Shown piece after piece: positions 22,345 through 32,298 of a DNA stretch of 64,000 bases. The notes under the pieces are model-generated. The model was not told the origin of the DNA, did no database searches, and saw only the letters and a program-made list of their open reading frames with translations. Location: NCBI GenBank assembly GCA_038321985.1, contig JBBQFN010000002.1, positions 96,001 through 160,000 of the forward strand, given 5' to 3'. Source of the DNA: Cyanophyceae cyanobacterium (GTDB lineage: Bacteria > Cyanobacteriota > Cyanobacteriia > Cyanobacteriales > Laspinemataceae). The first letter of the stretch is position 1. Every line of letters starts with the position of its first letter. A program made the position numbers and the translations under genes.

Positions 22345-22576
22345 GAGTCGGTGGCCCTGGGACGACTGACTCAGCCCGATTTTGGGATTGACAGCTTCCC
22401 GGATTCTAGGAATTTTGAGATTAAATTATGGATTTTTGATCGCTGCCGTTCAAATTGCTCTCATTTCACTGATAATATCTATCGGGAGGGCGATCGCCCC
22501 TCTAGCCAGTCTGTCACCTTTTAAAGTAAGATCAGTAATATGCGGGAACAACGCTTGTCGGATATAGGGGGAGTGT

Positions 22577-23269
22577 TTGCGAGCGATTGAAATCGAGCCG
22601 AAACTTAAGGAACTCATGGGGATAGCCTCCTCAGTAGATCCAGGGCTAGAGTACCGTTTAGAGGACATCTGGCGTTGGATCAAAGATATGAGACCCGGTT
22701 TATTAATGCAAAAAAAATTTTTAATGGGGTTTCTGCTCGAAGTCATTAAGGATGCAGAATTTTGGTTAGCGCTCAAAGTTTTAACGGATCAGGAGCGAGA
22801 ATCATTTTTAAATCAGCTTACTCCCCCCGTCCGCTATTGGTATGAGTTCCTCTTCCCCAAGTGGTTTAATGAAAAAGATAACAAATTTTACATTTGGAAA
22901 CAAAAATTAAGATCCGGAGAATTCAATCAGGAGGATGCCCAACTGATTGACTTAATCGCACAAAAGATAAAGATTCGCGAAGGGAGCCTCGTCCAACGGT
23001 ATGTGGCAGATTTCTCTATGGCAACAGATGCGATCGTGAGCAGCAACAAGGGTAGACCTCTGTGCGTCCAAGTGACTAGCATCTCTGATGATTTTTCCGA
23101 GCATAAGTACGAAGAGTGGAAAAGAACCCTGCAAGAATGGAATATAGAACGGGGGATTTTTGTTAGTTACAATCCGGGAAAAGAAGAATTCGTGAGTCAA
23201 GTTGTGAATTTGGTCTTGCATAATAGCAGCCATTTGGAAGAGTCAAAATATCTGAAATTCAGTTTTTAA
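22577..23269 (+). CDS. Hypothetical protein, possible PD-(D/E)xK-like C-terminal fold
   Basis: 230-aa ORF; ADFSMATDAIVS...PLCVQVT motif. Confidence 0.65.
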   Translation: MRAIEIEPKLKELMGIASSVDPGLEYRLEDIWRWIKDMRPGLLMQKKFLMGFLLEVIKDAEFWLALKVLTDQERESFLNQLTPPVRYWYEFLFPKWFNEKDNKFYIWKQKLRSGEFNQEDAQLIDLIAQKIKIREGSLVQRYVADFSMATDAIVSSNKGRPLCVQVTSISDDFSEHKYEEWKRTLQEWNIERGIFVSYNPGKEEFVSQVVNLVLHNSSHLEESKYLKFSF

Positions 23270-23325
23270 GAAACTCAGTTTCTTAATGATTCCGCCCGAC
23301 AACAAACCTTTTTTAAGACATAGAT

Positions 23326-23937
23326 ATGGGTACGACAATCCAAACTTCCAGTAAAGACCGCCTCGAAAAAGCATGGCAAGCCCTTCAATCAGCTCAAGAT
23401 TTGCAGGACGACCGATTAAGGTTTGGTCTAGATCATGTCAATCTTTATGTAGAGGATGTAGATAGTGATTGGATAGAAGCCTGGGGAGAAACTCAGGAAT
23501 GGCAAAATCCCATTAATTTGGGAAAGTGGTTTCAGGAGCGATTTGAGCCGGGATGGCAGGCGATTGATGAAGTCTTTTGCCCCCAAGAAGATTCCATGGC
23601 TTTAATCCTAGAAACTGCCGGAGTAAAACGGGCGAAAACGTTGCAATTGGGCCACCACAATCGGGACTGCCCGATCGCCTTAATTGTCACGATTAAAGCT
23701 GAATCCCACGGAGAAACTGGGGTATTAGTCCAGGTTTATCCCACGGGCGATCACACGGAATTACCCCCCGGTTTACAACTGACTTTACTCTCCCCCCAGG
23801 GCGATCGCCTGCATGAGGTGGTAGCCCGAACTGCTGACTCGGGTCTACAAATGGAGTTAAGCGGACAACCGGGGGAACGCTATAGCATTCAAGTCACATT
23901 AGACGGTGCCATTATCATCGAAGAGTTTGTGATTTAA
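23326..23937 (+). CDS. DUF1822-like protein
   Basis: INLGKWFQERFEPGWQ, VLVQVYP, LPPGLQLTLL, GQPGERYSIQV. Confidence 0.8.
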   Translation: MGTTIQTSSKDRLEKAWQALQSAQDLQDDRLRFGLDHVNLYVEDVDSDWIEAWGETQEWQNPINLGKWFQERFEPGWQAIDEVFCPQEDSMALILETAGVKRAKTLQLGHHNRDCPIALIVTIKAESHGETGVLVQVYPTGDHTELPPGLQLTLLSPQGDRLHEVVARTADSGLQMELSGQPGERYSIQVTLDGAIIIEEFVI

Positions 23938-24091
23938 GGATTTTGCTGAGGGAACCGGCGGCAGCAATTGTCGCCAGTTCTCGCGATCGCAATCAGGGTT
24001 ACGGCTAACCCGAGGGAAATAGACTCACAGGAGGAGTGCAAAGTCACGGGCGATCGCCTAGGATAATTTTTAGAATCTAGGAGTCATTGCC

Positions 24092-24871
24092 ATGACACAG
24101 CTTTCGGAACGCTCTAACTCCGATTTATTTCGGTCGGTATCAACGTTACTGGCGATTCTTGCTGCCTTTGTTACTAATATTATCGCCAATATTTTTCCCT
24201 TTAATGGTCTAACGATTGGTGAAATTTCTAACCAGCTATTTCGGGATGTTTTAATTATCCCAGCCAATTATGCTTTTGCAATTTGGGGAGTAATTTATTT
24301 AGCCTTAATTAGCTTCGGTATCTATCAAGTGTTGCCGGCTCAACGGCATAATCCTAGGTTAAGGCGCATCAGTTACCTGGTTGTTCTAGCCAGTTTAGCT
24401 CAAATTGCGTGGGTATTTTTATTTGAATATCTCCAGTTTGGGTGGTCGGTGTTAGCAATGTTAATTATTTTAGGGGCTCTAATTCTCACTTATCAGCGCC
24501 TAGAGATTGGGAGAGAACGAGTTCCCCCTCGGGAAAAATGGCTCGTTAATATTCCCTTAAGTATCTATTTGGCCTGGATTAGTGTAGCCACCGTAGTGAA
24601 TATTGCCTCCACCCTCTATGCCTGGGGTTGGAAGGATCCGGGGACGGCGGTTTTTTGGACCGTATTGATGCTATTAGTTGCTGCCGCGATCGCCGCAGTC
24701 GTCACCATTCAACGGGGGGATACCGCCTTCAATCTGGTGTTTGTTTGGGCTTATATAGCGATCGCTGTCCGTCAAAGTGAGTATGTGGTAATCCTCAGCA
24801 CTGCCTTGGGATTAGCGATCTGGCTGATTCTCCTACTCTTGCTTCCCCGGTGGAAACGCCGGAAAACTTGA
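24092..24871 (+). CDS. Tryptophan-rich sensory (TspO/MBR-like) membrane protein
   Basis: PANYAFAIWGVIY, SIYLAWISVAT, VFVWAYIAIA. Confidence 0.8.
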   Translation: MTQLSERSNSDLFRSVSTLLAILAAFVTNIIANIFPFNGLTIGEISNQLFRDVLIIPANYAFAIWGVIYLALISFGIYQVLPAQRHNPRLRRISYLVVLASLAQIAWVFLFEYLQFGWSVLAMLIILGALILTYQRLEIGRERVPPREKWLVNIPLSIYLAWISVATVVNIASTLYAWGWKDPGTAVFWTVLMLLVAAAIAAVVTIQRGDTAFNLVFVWAYIAIAVRQSEYVVILSTALGLAIWLILLLLLPRWKRRKT

Positions 24872-24902
24872 CGGAAATATCCCTTCCCCCGATACTATTC
24901 TC

Positions 24903-26294
24903 ATGCATAGCCTGTCTCAATCCAAAGTTTTCTCAGAAGCCAAAGCCACCCTGCACCTGGCAATTCCCCTGATTGCAGCACAACTAGCACAAGCAGCAAC
25001 CGGGTTTGTCGATACCGTGATGATGGGGTTACTCGGCAGTGAGACTTTAGCGGCAGGGGGTTTAGGTGCAATCACATTTTTTACTTTAATCCTAATTTGT
25101 ACCGGGATGGTTTCTGCAGTTGGGGCGATCGCCGCCACAGCTCACGGAGCGGGAGAACTCCACCGAATCAATCACTTAACGATTCAGGGACTCTGGTTAA
25201 CCTTAGCTCTCTCGGTTCCCATCGGTTTCCTGATGTGGAACCTCAGTCCCCTGTTACTGCGCTTCGGACAGGACCCGACGGCTGTGGAGTTAGCGCAAAC
25301 CTATCTGAGGGCGCTCATTTTGGGATTTCCCGCCGCCGTGGGATTTGCCGTCTTACGCAATATCCTTTCCGCCCTCAATCATACTCGACCCATAATGGCG
25401 ATCGTAGCCAGTTGCGTCCCCCTGAATATTGGCGGAAATTATGTCTTCATGTTTGGAAAATTCGGTTTACCCGCCTTGGGTTTAGCAGGAATTGGCTGGG
25501 CAAGTACCCTTTCTTTTTGGGTGATGTTTATTGCTGCTGCTGGGTTTCTAGCCCTGAGTCGCCGTTTAAAACCCTATCAAATTTTTCGGACTTCTTATCA
25601 GTTTTATCCCTCCGAATTTTGGGGAATTGTCAAAATTGGATGGCCGATCGCCGGACTCTTTGCCATAGAAACGGGCCTCTTTGCCGTCACTACATTTTTG
25701 ATGGGAACCTTCGGAACCGTAACCTTAGCCGCCCATAACATCGCCTTGCAAACAGCCAATATAACCTTTATGGTTCCGGTGGGATTGTCTCTTGCCACCA
25801 CGGTTAGAGTGGGACAAGCCATGGGCAGAAAGGATATTCTCAGTGCCAGACGCGCCGGATATATTGGCATTGCGATCGGCGTCAGCTTCATGAGTCTCAT
25901 GGGGCTATTTTTATGGACCAACCCCGATAAAATTGTAGCCTTGTATTTAGATATTGATAATTCAGATAATCAACCTGTGCTGGAATTGGCAATGTCCTTG
26001 TTAGGAATAGCCGCCATGTTTCAAATTTTTGATGGAATGCAAATTATCGCCTCTGGTGCTTTGCGCGGATTAAAAGATACCCGAGTTCCAATGGCTATCG
26101 GCTTTTTGGGCTACTGGTGTATTGGGTTATGCAGTGGGTATATTCTAGGCTTGCATCTGCATTGGGGAGGAATTGGATTATGGTTTGGGCTGGTACTCGG
26201 ACTCACTTTTTCTGGGGTGCTGTTAACCTGTCGCTTCGCTTATTTACTCAGCAGGAAATCCATGTCAAGGGGTGTTTACAACCAGTCTAAATGA
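24903..26294 (+). CDS. MATE family efflux transporter (NorM-like)
   Basis: GFVDTVMMG, LAAHNIALQ, GALRGLKDT; about 12 TM segments. Confidence 0.93.
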   Translation: MHSLSQSKVFSEAKATLHLAIPLIAAQLAQAATGFVDTVMMGLLGSETLAAGGLGAITFFTLILICTGMVSAVGAIAATAHGAGELHRINHLTIQGLWLTLALSVPIGFLMWNLSPLLLRFGQDPTAVELAQTYLRALILGFPAAVGFAVLRNILSALNHTRPIMAIVASCVPLNIGGNYVFMFGKFGLPALGLAGIGWASTLSFWVMFIAAAGFLALSRRLKPYQIFRTSYQFYPSEFWGIVKIGWPIAGLFAIETGLFAVTTFLMGTFGTVTLAAHNIALQTANITFMVPVGLSLATTVRVGQAMGRKDILSARRAGYIGIAIGVSFMSLMGLFLWTNPDKIVALYLDIDNSDNQPVLELAMSLLGIAAMFQIFDGMQIIASGALRGLKDTRVPMAIGFLGYWCIGLCSGYILGLHLHWGGIGLWFGLVLGLTFSGVLLTCRFAYLLSRKSMSRGVYNQSK

Positions 26295-26961
26295 ATTTGA
26301 TAATCCCTCTAACCCCAAGAACCTTGCAGTGCTTTCTATCTTACTCGCCCTACATCCGAGGGAGCAAGATACAAAGCCTACAGCATAGCCTACGTGAAAC
26401 GCGCAAACCAGTCAAGCGATCGCGCTGTGACACTCCTCTAAACATCTGTGTCTCATGAATCCAAAAACAGCCATATAGCCCGTCTAAATGAACGGGATAA
26501 TTTTTGCTTTATGCTGGCTTTAAAGAAGTTTACCTCTTTTAATTTTAGGGAAATAGAAATCAAGCCAATCGCACTGTTCAATCTCTTGTCCCTCCGAAGA
26601 AGCTACACCAAATCTCAGCGTAAAAAGTTCATTTTTTCGCCACCCCAGCAGAGGTAGGCTTTGGACAGGAAAGCCTCACCCTTGAATTTTTCGGTTCTCT
26701 TGTTAACCAAAAGGAGGGGATAGATTATTTAACCTGGGAAAAAATGCTGCTTTTGATAGATGCGCTTATACTGGGACGGCAGCTATAGTTTACATAACTT
26801 AGAGTCACTGCGCTACTGCCCCATCTAAGGGCTTAAAGATCCGGTTCTTTAATTAAACGTATATCCTAGGTTGCCCTCTTTAGAAGATTTTTTATAAAGA
26901 TTTTATATAAGAAGAGGTGCAGTCGCCTCTTAATCTGTACACCTATTTTATCCCAGAAATC

Positions 26962-27210
26962 ATGAGCTATCTTACGGTTACTCCTACCCCTCAATCTATT
27001 CAAATTCCGGGTCCGAAGCCTTTACCGACACCGGGAACCCCCTCGGAACCCCAAATTCCGACACCGGAACCCGTTCCAGCACCAATCCCCCAAACCGTTC
27101 CTGCTCCTGTGCCAGAAACTGTGCCAGAACCCGTTCCCCAAACTGTTCCAGCACCCATTCCTCAAACTATTCCCGAACCGATTCCCCAAACCATTCCCGA
27201 ACCCCAATAA
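26962..27210 (+). CDS. Small proline-rich octapeptide-repeat protein
   Basis: P(I/V)P(Q/E)T(V/I)P(A/E) tandem units with synonymous variation. Confidence 0.65.
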   Translation: MSYLTVTPTPQSIQIPGPKPLPTPGTPSEPQIPTPEPVPAPIPQTVPAPVPETVPEPVPQTVPAPIPQTIPEPIPQTIPEPQ

Positions 27211-27422
27211 AACCAAAAATTCAAGGGCCTCGGCCAATTTGAGGTTAAGGTTCTGACAAGAGCTATCAATAAAAAAGTGAGGTGTCAGAAGGAACCCACA
27301 ATTATAAATCTATAAATCGTTCATCTCTTTCGTGACGAATAAATCGCAGTGGAGAGACGGAAGTAGGTATCACAGCCGAAGGAACGCAGAGCATTTTTGA
27401 AGAAAGTATAGAGGTAAATATA

Positions 27423-27629
27423 ATGATGCTTGTACCATCATTATTGTCCTTGGCGATCGCCTCCCTAGCGTTTTGTCTAAGCGTCAATACAACCGAAGAA
27501 ATTGTCAAAGTGGCGGCTACTGTCTTAGCAGGATTTTGCCTGATTTTGAGCCTAGTATTTGCGCCTTGGATCGTAAAACTGGTGCTAATAGCGATCGCCT
27601 TTGTCAATCAAAAACTTAATCACCCTTAA
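27423..27629 (+). CDS. Small hydrophobic membrane protein
   Basis: 68 aa, hydrophobic; GAGG RBS upstream. Confidence 0.65.
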   Translation: MMLVPSLLSLAIASLAFCLSVNTTEEIVKVAATVLAGFCLILSLVFAPWIVKLVLIAIAFVNQKLNHP

Positions 27630-27660
27630 CCGCTTCCTCAAACTCCTAATCTGATGGACC

Positions 27661-28692
27661 CTAAGTACGACGGTAAGAGGGCGGTACGATAAATCTAAGA
27701 ACTTGCTTACAGACATCAATCCGAAATCGGGGAGCGATCTCATACTCTTCACCGTCGATTTGCCCCACAGGGGCGGATTGATAACCGTGGCGGGCGATGG
27801 AGAAAATAAACGACGATCCGCGCCGGGGACGAGATAATGGAATGCCGACTGCCCGAAAATGGTCTTCTGTAAAGGGACTGTAACGGAACGTGGCGATCGC
27901 CTTGCATATAAATTCCCAGGGACTGGCGATTGGAATTAGCTCAAAATAGCCGTCATCGGGTAAAGAATCCGGTGCCGGTATCCAATCCCCGGCATAGATT
28001 AACGTATTCTTGATAATCGCATCAATGACATGGGGATAAAAATAAGAAGTGCCATCAATTTCAACTTGCAGATCAAACGTCGTATCCTCACTCAAGGAAG
28101 CGATCGCCTGCCGAATCGTTGCCCCGATATAAAGCCATTGATCCCTATAAAAATCTTTGAGTAAGGGGATTGTAGAGACTCGCGCCTTTTCTAGATTGGC
28201 AAGGGCGACGATTTGCGCCCCCCACCCCACACCCATTGAGTCGAAAAACCACTCCGTTGCAATTGCCTCATCCCTCTCTCCAAGCTGTTGTAATCGCCCC
28301 ACATCTACACTAAGGGTTCTTCCTTCCGCGATCGTTCTCACATTTTCTGCCAGCGCCGTAACACCGGCATTCATTCCAAAAGATTTTCCTTGATTGTTAG
28401 CAGTGCCACTGGGCAATATCCCCATTGTTACCGTGGAAGCGTGGCGAGAAGTGAGAATTCCGCTCACTACCTCCGATAAAGTGCCATCTCCTCCCATAGC
28501 GATCGCACAGCGAGTCTCACCCTGATCAATAGAATGACGGACTAATTCGACGGTTCTTCGATGGGGTTGAGTGGCGATCGCCTCATGTTCGATGCCAAAA
28601 TCCCGTAACAACTCACGGGCATAATCGATACATTCTGCTGCTCTCCCACTATATGCCGTGGGGTTCCAAAATAATACAGTTTTGTTGGACAT
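27661..28692 (-). CDS. Diacylglycerol/lipid kinase family protein
   Basis: WNPTA, MGGDGTLSEV, PSGTANN, DDGYFE, QIDGE. Confidence 0.9.
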   Translation of the reverse strand: MSNKTVLFWNPTAYSGRAAECIDYARELLRDFGIEHEAIATQPHRRTVELVRHSIDQGETRCAIAMGGDGTLSEVVSGILTSRHASTVTMGILPSGTANNQGKSFGMNAGVTALAENVRTIAEGRTLSVDVGRLQQLGERDEAIATEWFFDSMGVGWGAQIVALANLEKARVSTIPLLKDFYRDQWLYIGATIRQAIASLSEDTTFDLQVEIDGTSYFYPHVIDAIIKNTLIYAGDWIPAPDSLPDDGYFELIPIASPWEFICKAIATFRYSPFTEDHFRAVGIPLSRPRRGSSFIFSIARHGYQSAPVGQIDGEEYEIAPRFRIDVCKQVLRFIVPPSYRRT

Positions 28693-28888
28693 AACCGTTA
28701 ATCCCCTCACCTTGATTATTTAAAAATAGGAGTCGTTTTTTGAGAGAGTATGGCTTGTTTCCGAAGTCGCCTCAGTAATACCTCCTTCCTTGTTGTCGAT
28801 CCCGATCCCGGTAAATTTATTTTAACGGTACCCTTTGGAGGCGGGCAATTGCGCCCCACCCAAGCAAAAAAAACTGAATCTGTCAGAA

Positions 28889-28909
28889 TGAGACTTATTC
28901 TCGTATAAT
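28889..28909 (+). promoter_or_regulatory. Putative Zur box adjacent to the -10 (TATAAT) of znuA
   Basis: TGAGACT-T-ATTCTCG, an imperfect 7-1-7 palindrome, directly followed by TATAAT. Confidence 0.55.
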
Positions 28910-28948
28910 TTAAAATTAGGACTGATTCTGCACTTCTTCTGAAAAATC

Positions 28949-29935
28949 ATGCTGATTCCTAAAAGCCTGAGTCGATTGCTGATTCCACTGCTGCTACTAC
29001 CCACAGCGATCGCCTGTCGCGAACCCGGTATTGAGTCTCAAACTGATGAACAACTGGGCGCTGTGGAGTCCCCAGCGCTCAACATTGTGACAACCTTTTT
29101 GCCGGTGTACTGGTTTACCCGCGCCGTAACTGGGGATAGCGCCCAGGTTCAAGTATTGATTCCTCCAGGAACCGATGTGCACGAGTATCAGGCGAAACCG
29201 GCAGATGTGCAGGCGATCGCCACTGCCAATATTTTAGTTAAAAATGGCCTTGGTTTAGAAGAATTTCTTGAAAATACCATCCGTAATGCTAACAATCCAG
29301 GATTGCAGGAAATTAATGCCAGTGCAGGCATTCAACCTTTAAATGACATTTCCCCAGTGATTAAAGCAGATGATAGGAGTCATGACGATGAACATCACCA
29401 TAACGATGATGGTGAACATGATCATGGCGAAGGGAATCCCCATGTTTGGCTCGATCCGGTATTAGCTCAACAACAAGTTACCACCATTCTAGCCGGGTTA
29501 ATCGCCGCAGATCCAGCCAATAAAGCCAGTTATGAAGCCAATGCAGCAGCTTACCTTCAGCAATTAAAACAACTAGATGGGGAGTTTCAGCAAACCTTAG
29601 CCCAATATCCAAATTGTACCGTAATTACGTTTCATGATGCCTATCCCTACATAGCCAATCGGTACAATTTGCAGCAAGTCGCCGTTGTTTCAGTGCCCGA
29701 TGCCAGTCTGTCCCCCCAGGATGTACAAAAAACGGTGCAAGCCGTTCAACAGTATCAAGCGAAGGCATTATTTTCTGAACCTGCCGTCGAGAATAAATTG
29801 TTACAAACTCTGGCAACTGACCTAAACTTACCCCTGTATGAAATTGATTCCTTAGAATCAGGACCCCTCGATCCTGAACATTATTTTACCGCCATGCGCG
29901 GAAATTTACAAACTATTGAAAAGGCTTGTCAGTAA
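28949..29935 (+). CDS. znuA: Zinc ABC transporter substrate-binding lipoprotein
   Basis: Lipobox AIAC, DVHEY, His/Asp-rich loop, NPHVWLDP, TFHDAY. Confidence 0.9.
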   Translation: MLIPKSLSRLLIPLLLLPTAIACREPGIESQTDEQLGAVESPALNIVTTFLPVYWFTRAVTGDSAQVQVLIPPGTDVHEYQAKPADVQAIATANILVKNGLGLEEFLENTIRNANNPGLQEINASAGIQPLNDISPVIKADDRSHDDEHHHNDDGEHDHGEGNPHVWLDPVLAQQQVTTILAGLIAADPANKASYEANAAAYLQQLKQLDGEFQQTLAQYPNCTVITFHDAYPYIANRYNLQQVAVVSVPDASLSPQDVQKTVQAVQQYQAKALFSEPAVENKLLQTLATDLNLPLYEIDSLESGPLDPEHYFTAMRGNLQTIEKACQ

Positions 29936-29940
29936 CTGCG

Positions 29941-30771
29941 ATGAGAATGGGTGAAGAGTGGGATAGTAATCGCCGGGAATTGACTGCGGCATTGGCGCGA
30001 GATTACTCAATTTTAAAAGTAGAAAACCTGAAGGTTTACCGAGGTAACTATACCGCCTTGCGGGATGTTTCCTTTGAATTGCAGTCGGGAACAAACGTAG
30101 CGGTAGTTGGCCCGAATGGCGCGGGAAAAAGTACCTTAGTTCAAGCAATTTTAGGGTTAATTCCGCGTAGTTCCGGCGAGATTGAAATCATGGGAAGACC
30201 CTTAGAAAAGTTGGGACAGTTGCGATCGCACCTGGGTTATATCCCCCAAACTTTTTTATTTGATCGTACCTTTCCGATTTCTGTTGGAGAAGTCGTCAGC
30301 CTCGGATGGCAGAAACGGGAACGGCTTTCCCTCTCTCTAACGGGTAGATTTCCCGGGCAGTCAACCCCCGAGAAAGATATAGCAGTCACTTCGGCATTGC
30401 GCCGAGTTGATGCCTTGCATTTGCGCCATCGGGCAGTCGGGGCGCTGAGTGGGGGACAACTAAAGCGGGTGTTACTCGCCTATTGTTTAGTGATGTCTCG
30501 CCAATTGTTAGTTTTAGATGAAGCCTTAGCGGGGGTAGATGTCCAGGGAGAAGCCGATTTTTACAACTTATTAAATGAGTTAAAAAGCGAGCAAAATTGG
30601 ACAGTTTTGCAGGTCTCTCATGACCTAAATATGGTCAGTCGCCATTGCGATCGCGTGATTTGTATCAATCAAACCCTAGTCTGTAGCGGTGCGCCAGATA
30701 TTGCCCTTGCCCCGCAAAATTTATTAGCGACTTATGGACCTGCTTTTGCTCCCTATCATCATGATCATTAA
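29941..30771 (+). CDS. znuC: Metal ABC transporter ATP-binding protein
   Basis: GPNGAGKST, LSGGQ, LVLDE, VSHDL, C-terminal YHHDH. Confidence 0.9.
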   Translation: MRMGEEWDSNRRELTAALARDYSILKVENLKVYRGNYTALRDVSFELQSGTNVAVVGPNGAGKSTLVQAILGLIPRSSGEIEIMGRPLEKLGQLRSHLGYIPQTFLFDRTFPISVGEVVSLGWQKRERLSLSLTGRFPGQSTPEKDIAVTSALRRVDALHLRHRAVGALSGGQLKRVLLAYCLVMSRQLLVLDEALAGVDVQGEADFYNLLNELKSEQNWTVLQVSHDLNMVSRHCDRVICINQTLVCSGAPDIALAPQNLLATYGPAFAPYHHDH

Positions 30772-30807
30772 AGAGAGGATGAGGGAAATCGGGAGGATGG
30801 GGGAGAA

Positions 30808-30901
30808 GTTTGTAGTAACGACTTTAATCGTTATCCCCTCTTAGTTTGTAGTAACGACTTCAGTCGTTTCTTAAGTTCGGTTTCAGGACTTTAGTCGTTT
30901 C
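30808..30901. repeat. Tandem REP-like palindromes GTAGTAACGACT-n-AGTCGTT
   Basis: Two full copies and one partial copy between convergent genes; same family as 58180-58263. Confidence 0.75.
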
Positions 30902-30921
30902 CTGCCTTTCCCCTTCATCCC

Positions 30922-31332
30922 TCATTCTTCATCCAAATGTTCCGTCACTGCCTCATAGAGACTGACTACATGATTGTCCTGAAGTCGATAATAGACCCGG
31001 CGTCCTTCTTTGCGGTAACTAACGAGGCGAATTGCCTTTAAATTTCGTAATTGATGGGAAACCGCCGATTCAGTCATTTGCACAATTTCAGCTAATTCAT
31101 GAACGCAGAGTTCCTTTAATGCTAATGCGGAAATGATTCGCAAGCGATTGGCATCCCCTAGAAAGCTAAAAAATTCGGCCATTCGTTGGGCTTTATTTTC
31201 ATTCAGTAGCTGATTTTGGAGGGGATGGAGATTGTCTAGGTCGATCGCGTGTTCAGAAGTGCATTCGAGTTCATCATGGGTTTCCCCAGAAGTGGCGACT
31301 GCCGTTTTATCGGTAGAATAGTTAACTGCCAT
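30922..31332 (-). CDS. smtB: ArsR/SmtB family Zn-sensing repressor
   Basis: ELCVHELA, SAVSHQLR HTH, alpha5 site D-x-H-x10-H-x2-E (DNH...HLDE). Confidence 0.9.
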   Translation of the reverse strand: MAVNYSTDKTAVATSGETHDELECTSEHAIDLDNLHPLQNQLLNENKAQRMAEFFSFLGDANRLRIISALALKELCVHELAEIVQMTESAVSHQLRNLKAIRLVSYRKEGRRVYYRLQDNHVVSLYEAVTEHLDEE

Positions 31333-31368
31333 AATTTTGGTGTAGGGAAAATATCACTAGAAAACTTG

Positions 31369-31394
31369 AATACTTGATTATTCTTTCAGATATT
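31369..31394. promoter_or_regulatory. SmtB/ZiaR-type 12-2-12 operator
   Basis: AATACTTGATTA-TT-CTTTCAGATATT in the divergent smtB/znuB gap. Confidence 0.72.
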
Positions 31395-31395
31395 A

Positions 31396-32298
31396 ATGAT
31401 GATAACGAATTTGTTAGAAATCTTCAACTCCTGCGCCGGATATTTACAAGTTGGGAATACGGCTGTCGCAAACTTACTCGACTTGGTGAGTTTCCCCTTT
31501 ATGCAGCGGGCGATCGCGGGTGGGGTCTTGATGGGAATGTTGGGGGGATTCCTGGGGACTTTTGTTATTTTGCGCCAACTCTCATTTTTTAGTCACGCGG
31601 TGGGACATTCGGCGTTAGTGGGAGTCGTCTTAGGGGTCTTGTTGCAGGTAGATCCCAATTGGACCCTGTTGCCGTTTACCCTTTTATTTGGACTGTCATC
31701 GCTGTATTTAATTGAAAGAACTAAATTACCGAGTGATAGCGTGTTTAGTATTGCTGTCTCGGGTGCTTTGGCGATTGGAATTATTTTGACCAGTTTTATC
31801 CCAGGATATCGGGGTAATTTAATGGCGGTTTTATTTGGAGACATTCTGGCGATCGGGAATATTGATATTCTCTTAATTCTCCTTTTATTAGGGGTAAGTT
31901 GTGCTTTTTTATTTTCAACTTGGCGGCAGCAAATTTTACTGACTCTTAGTCCGGAATTAGCCCAAATTCAGGGGGTTTCAGTTAATCTTTATCGATATTT
32001 ATTTGTGGTATTACTATCTTTGACCGTTGCTCTTTCTATCAAAGCCGTGGGAATTTTGCTGATTAATGCTTTTTTAGTAATACCCGCAGCAACAGCCAAA
32101 TTAATTAGCCATCATTTTGCAATTTTTATGGCGATTTCCGTGATATTGGGGGCGACGAGTTCCCTGGTGGGAATGCTAGGGTCGGGATTCTTTAATATCG
32201 CCTCTGGCCCTAGCATTGTCCTGGTCCAATTTTTAGTCTTTTTGGCCGTATTGGGAGGGAATCAGATCCGTCATCTTAAAGTGTTCCGTCGGCAGTAG
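31396..32298 (+). CDS. znuB: Metal ABC transporter permease
   Basis: FPFMQRA, SHAVGHSAL, LFGDIL, AVGILLINAFLVIPAA. Confidence 0.9.
   Translation: MMITNLLEIFNSCAGYLQVGNTAVANLLDLVSFPFMQRAIAGGVLMGMLGGFLGTFVILRQLSFFSHAVGHSALVGVVLGVLLQVDPNWTLLPFTLLFGLSSLYLIERTKLPSDSVFSIAVSGALAIGIILTSFIPGYRGNLMAVLFGDILAIGNIDILLILLLLGVSCAFLFSTWRQQILLTLSPELAQIQGVSVNLYRYLFVVLLSLTVALSIKAVGILLINAFLVIPAATAKLISHHFAIFMAISVILGATSSLVGMLGSGFFNIASGPSIVLVQFLVFLAVLGGNQIRHLKVFRRQ

Noticed and set aside
30808..30901. Possible mini CRISPR array for the orphan cas6
   Set aside because: Only two full units with a spacer of about 10 nt; matches a REP-like family also seen at 58.2 kb
32276..32298. Convergent 3' overlap of znuB and aguB as antisense regulation
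   Set aside because: Short 23-bp tail overlaps are common; no further evidence
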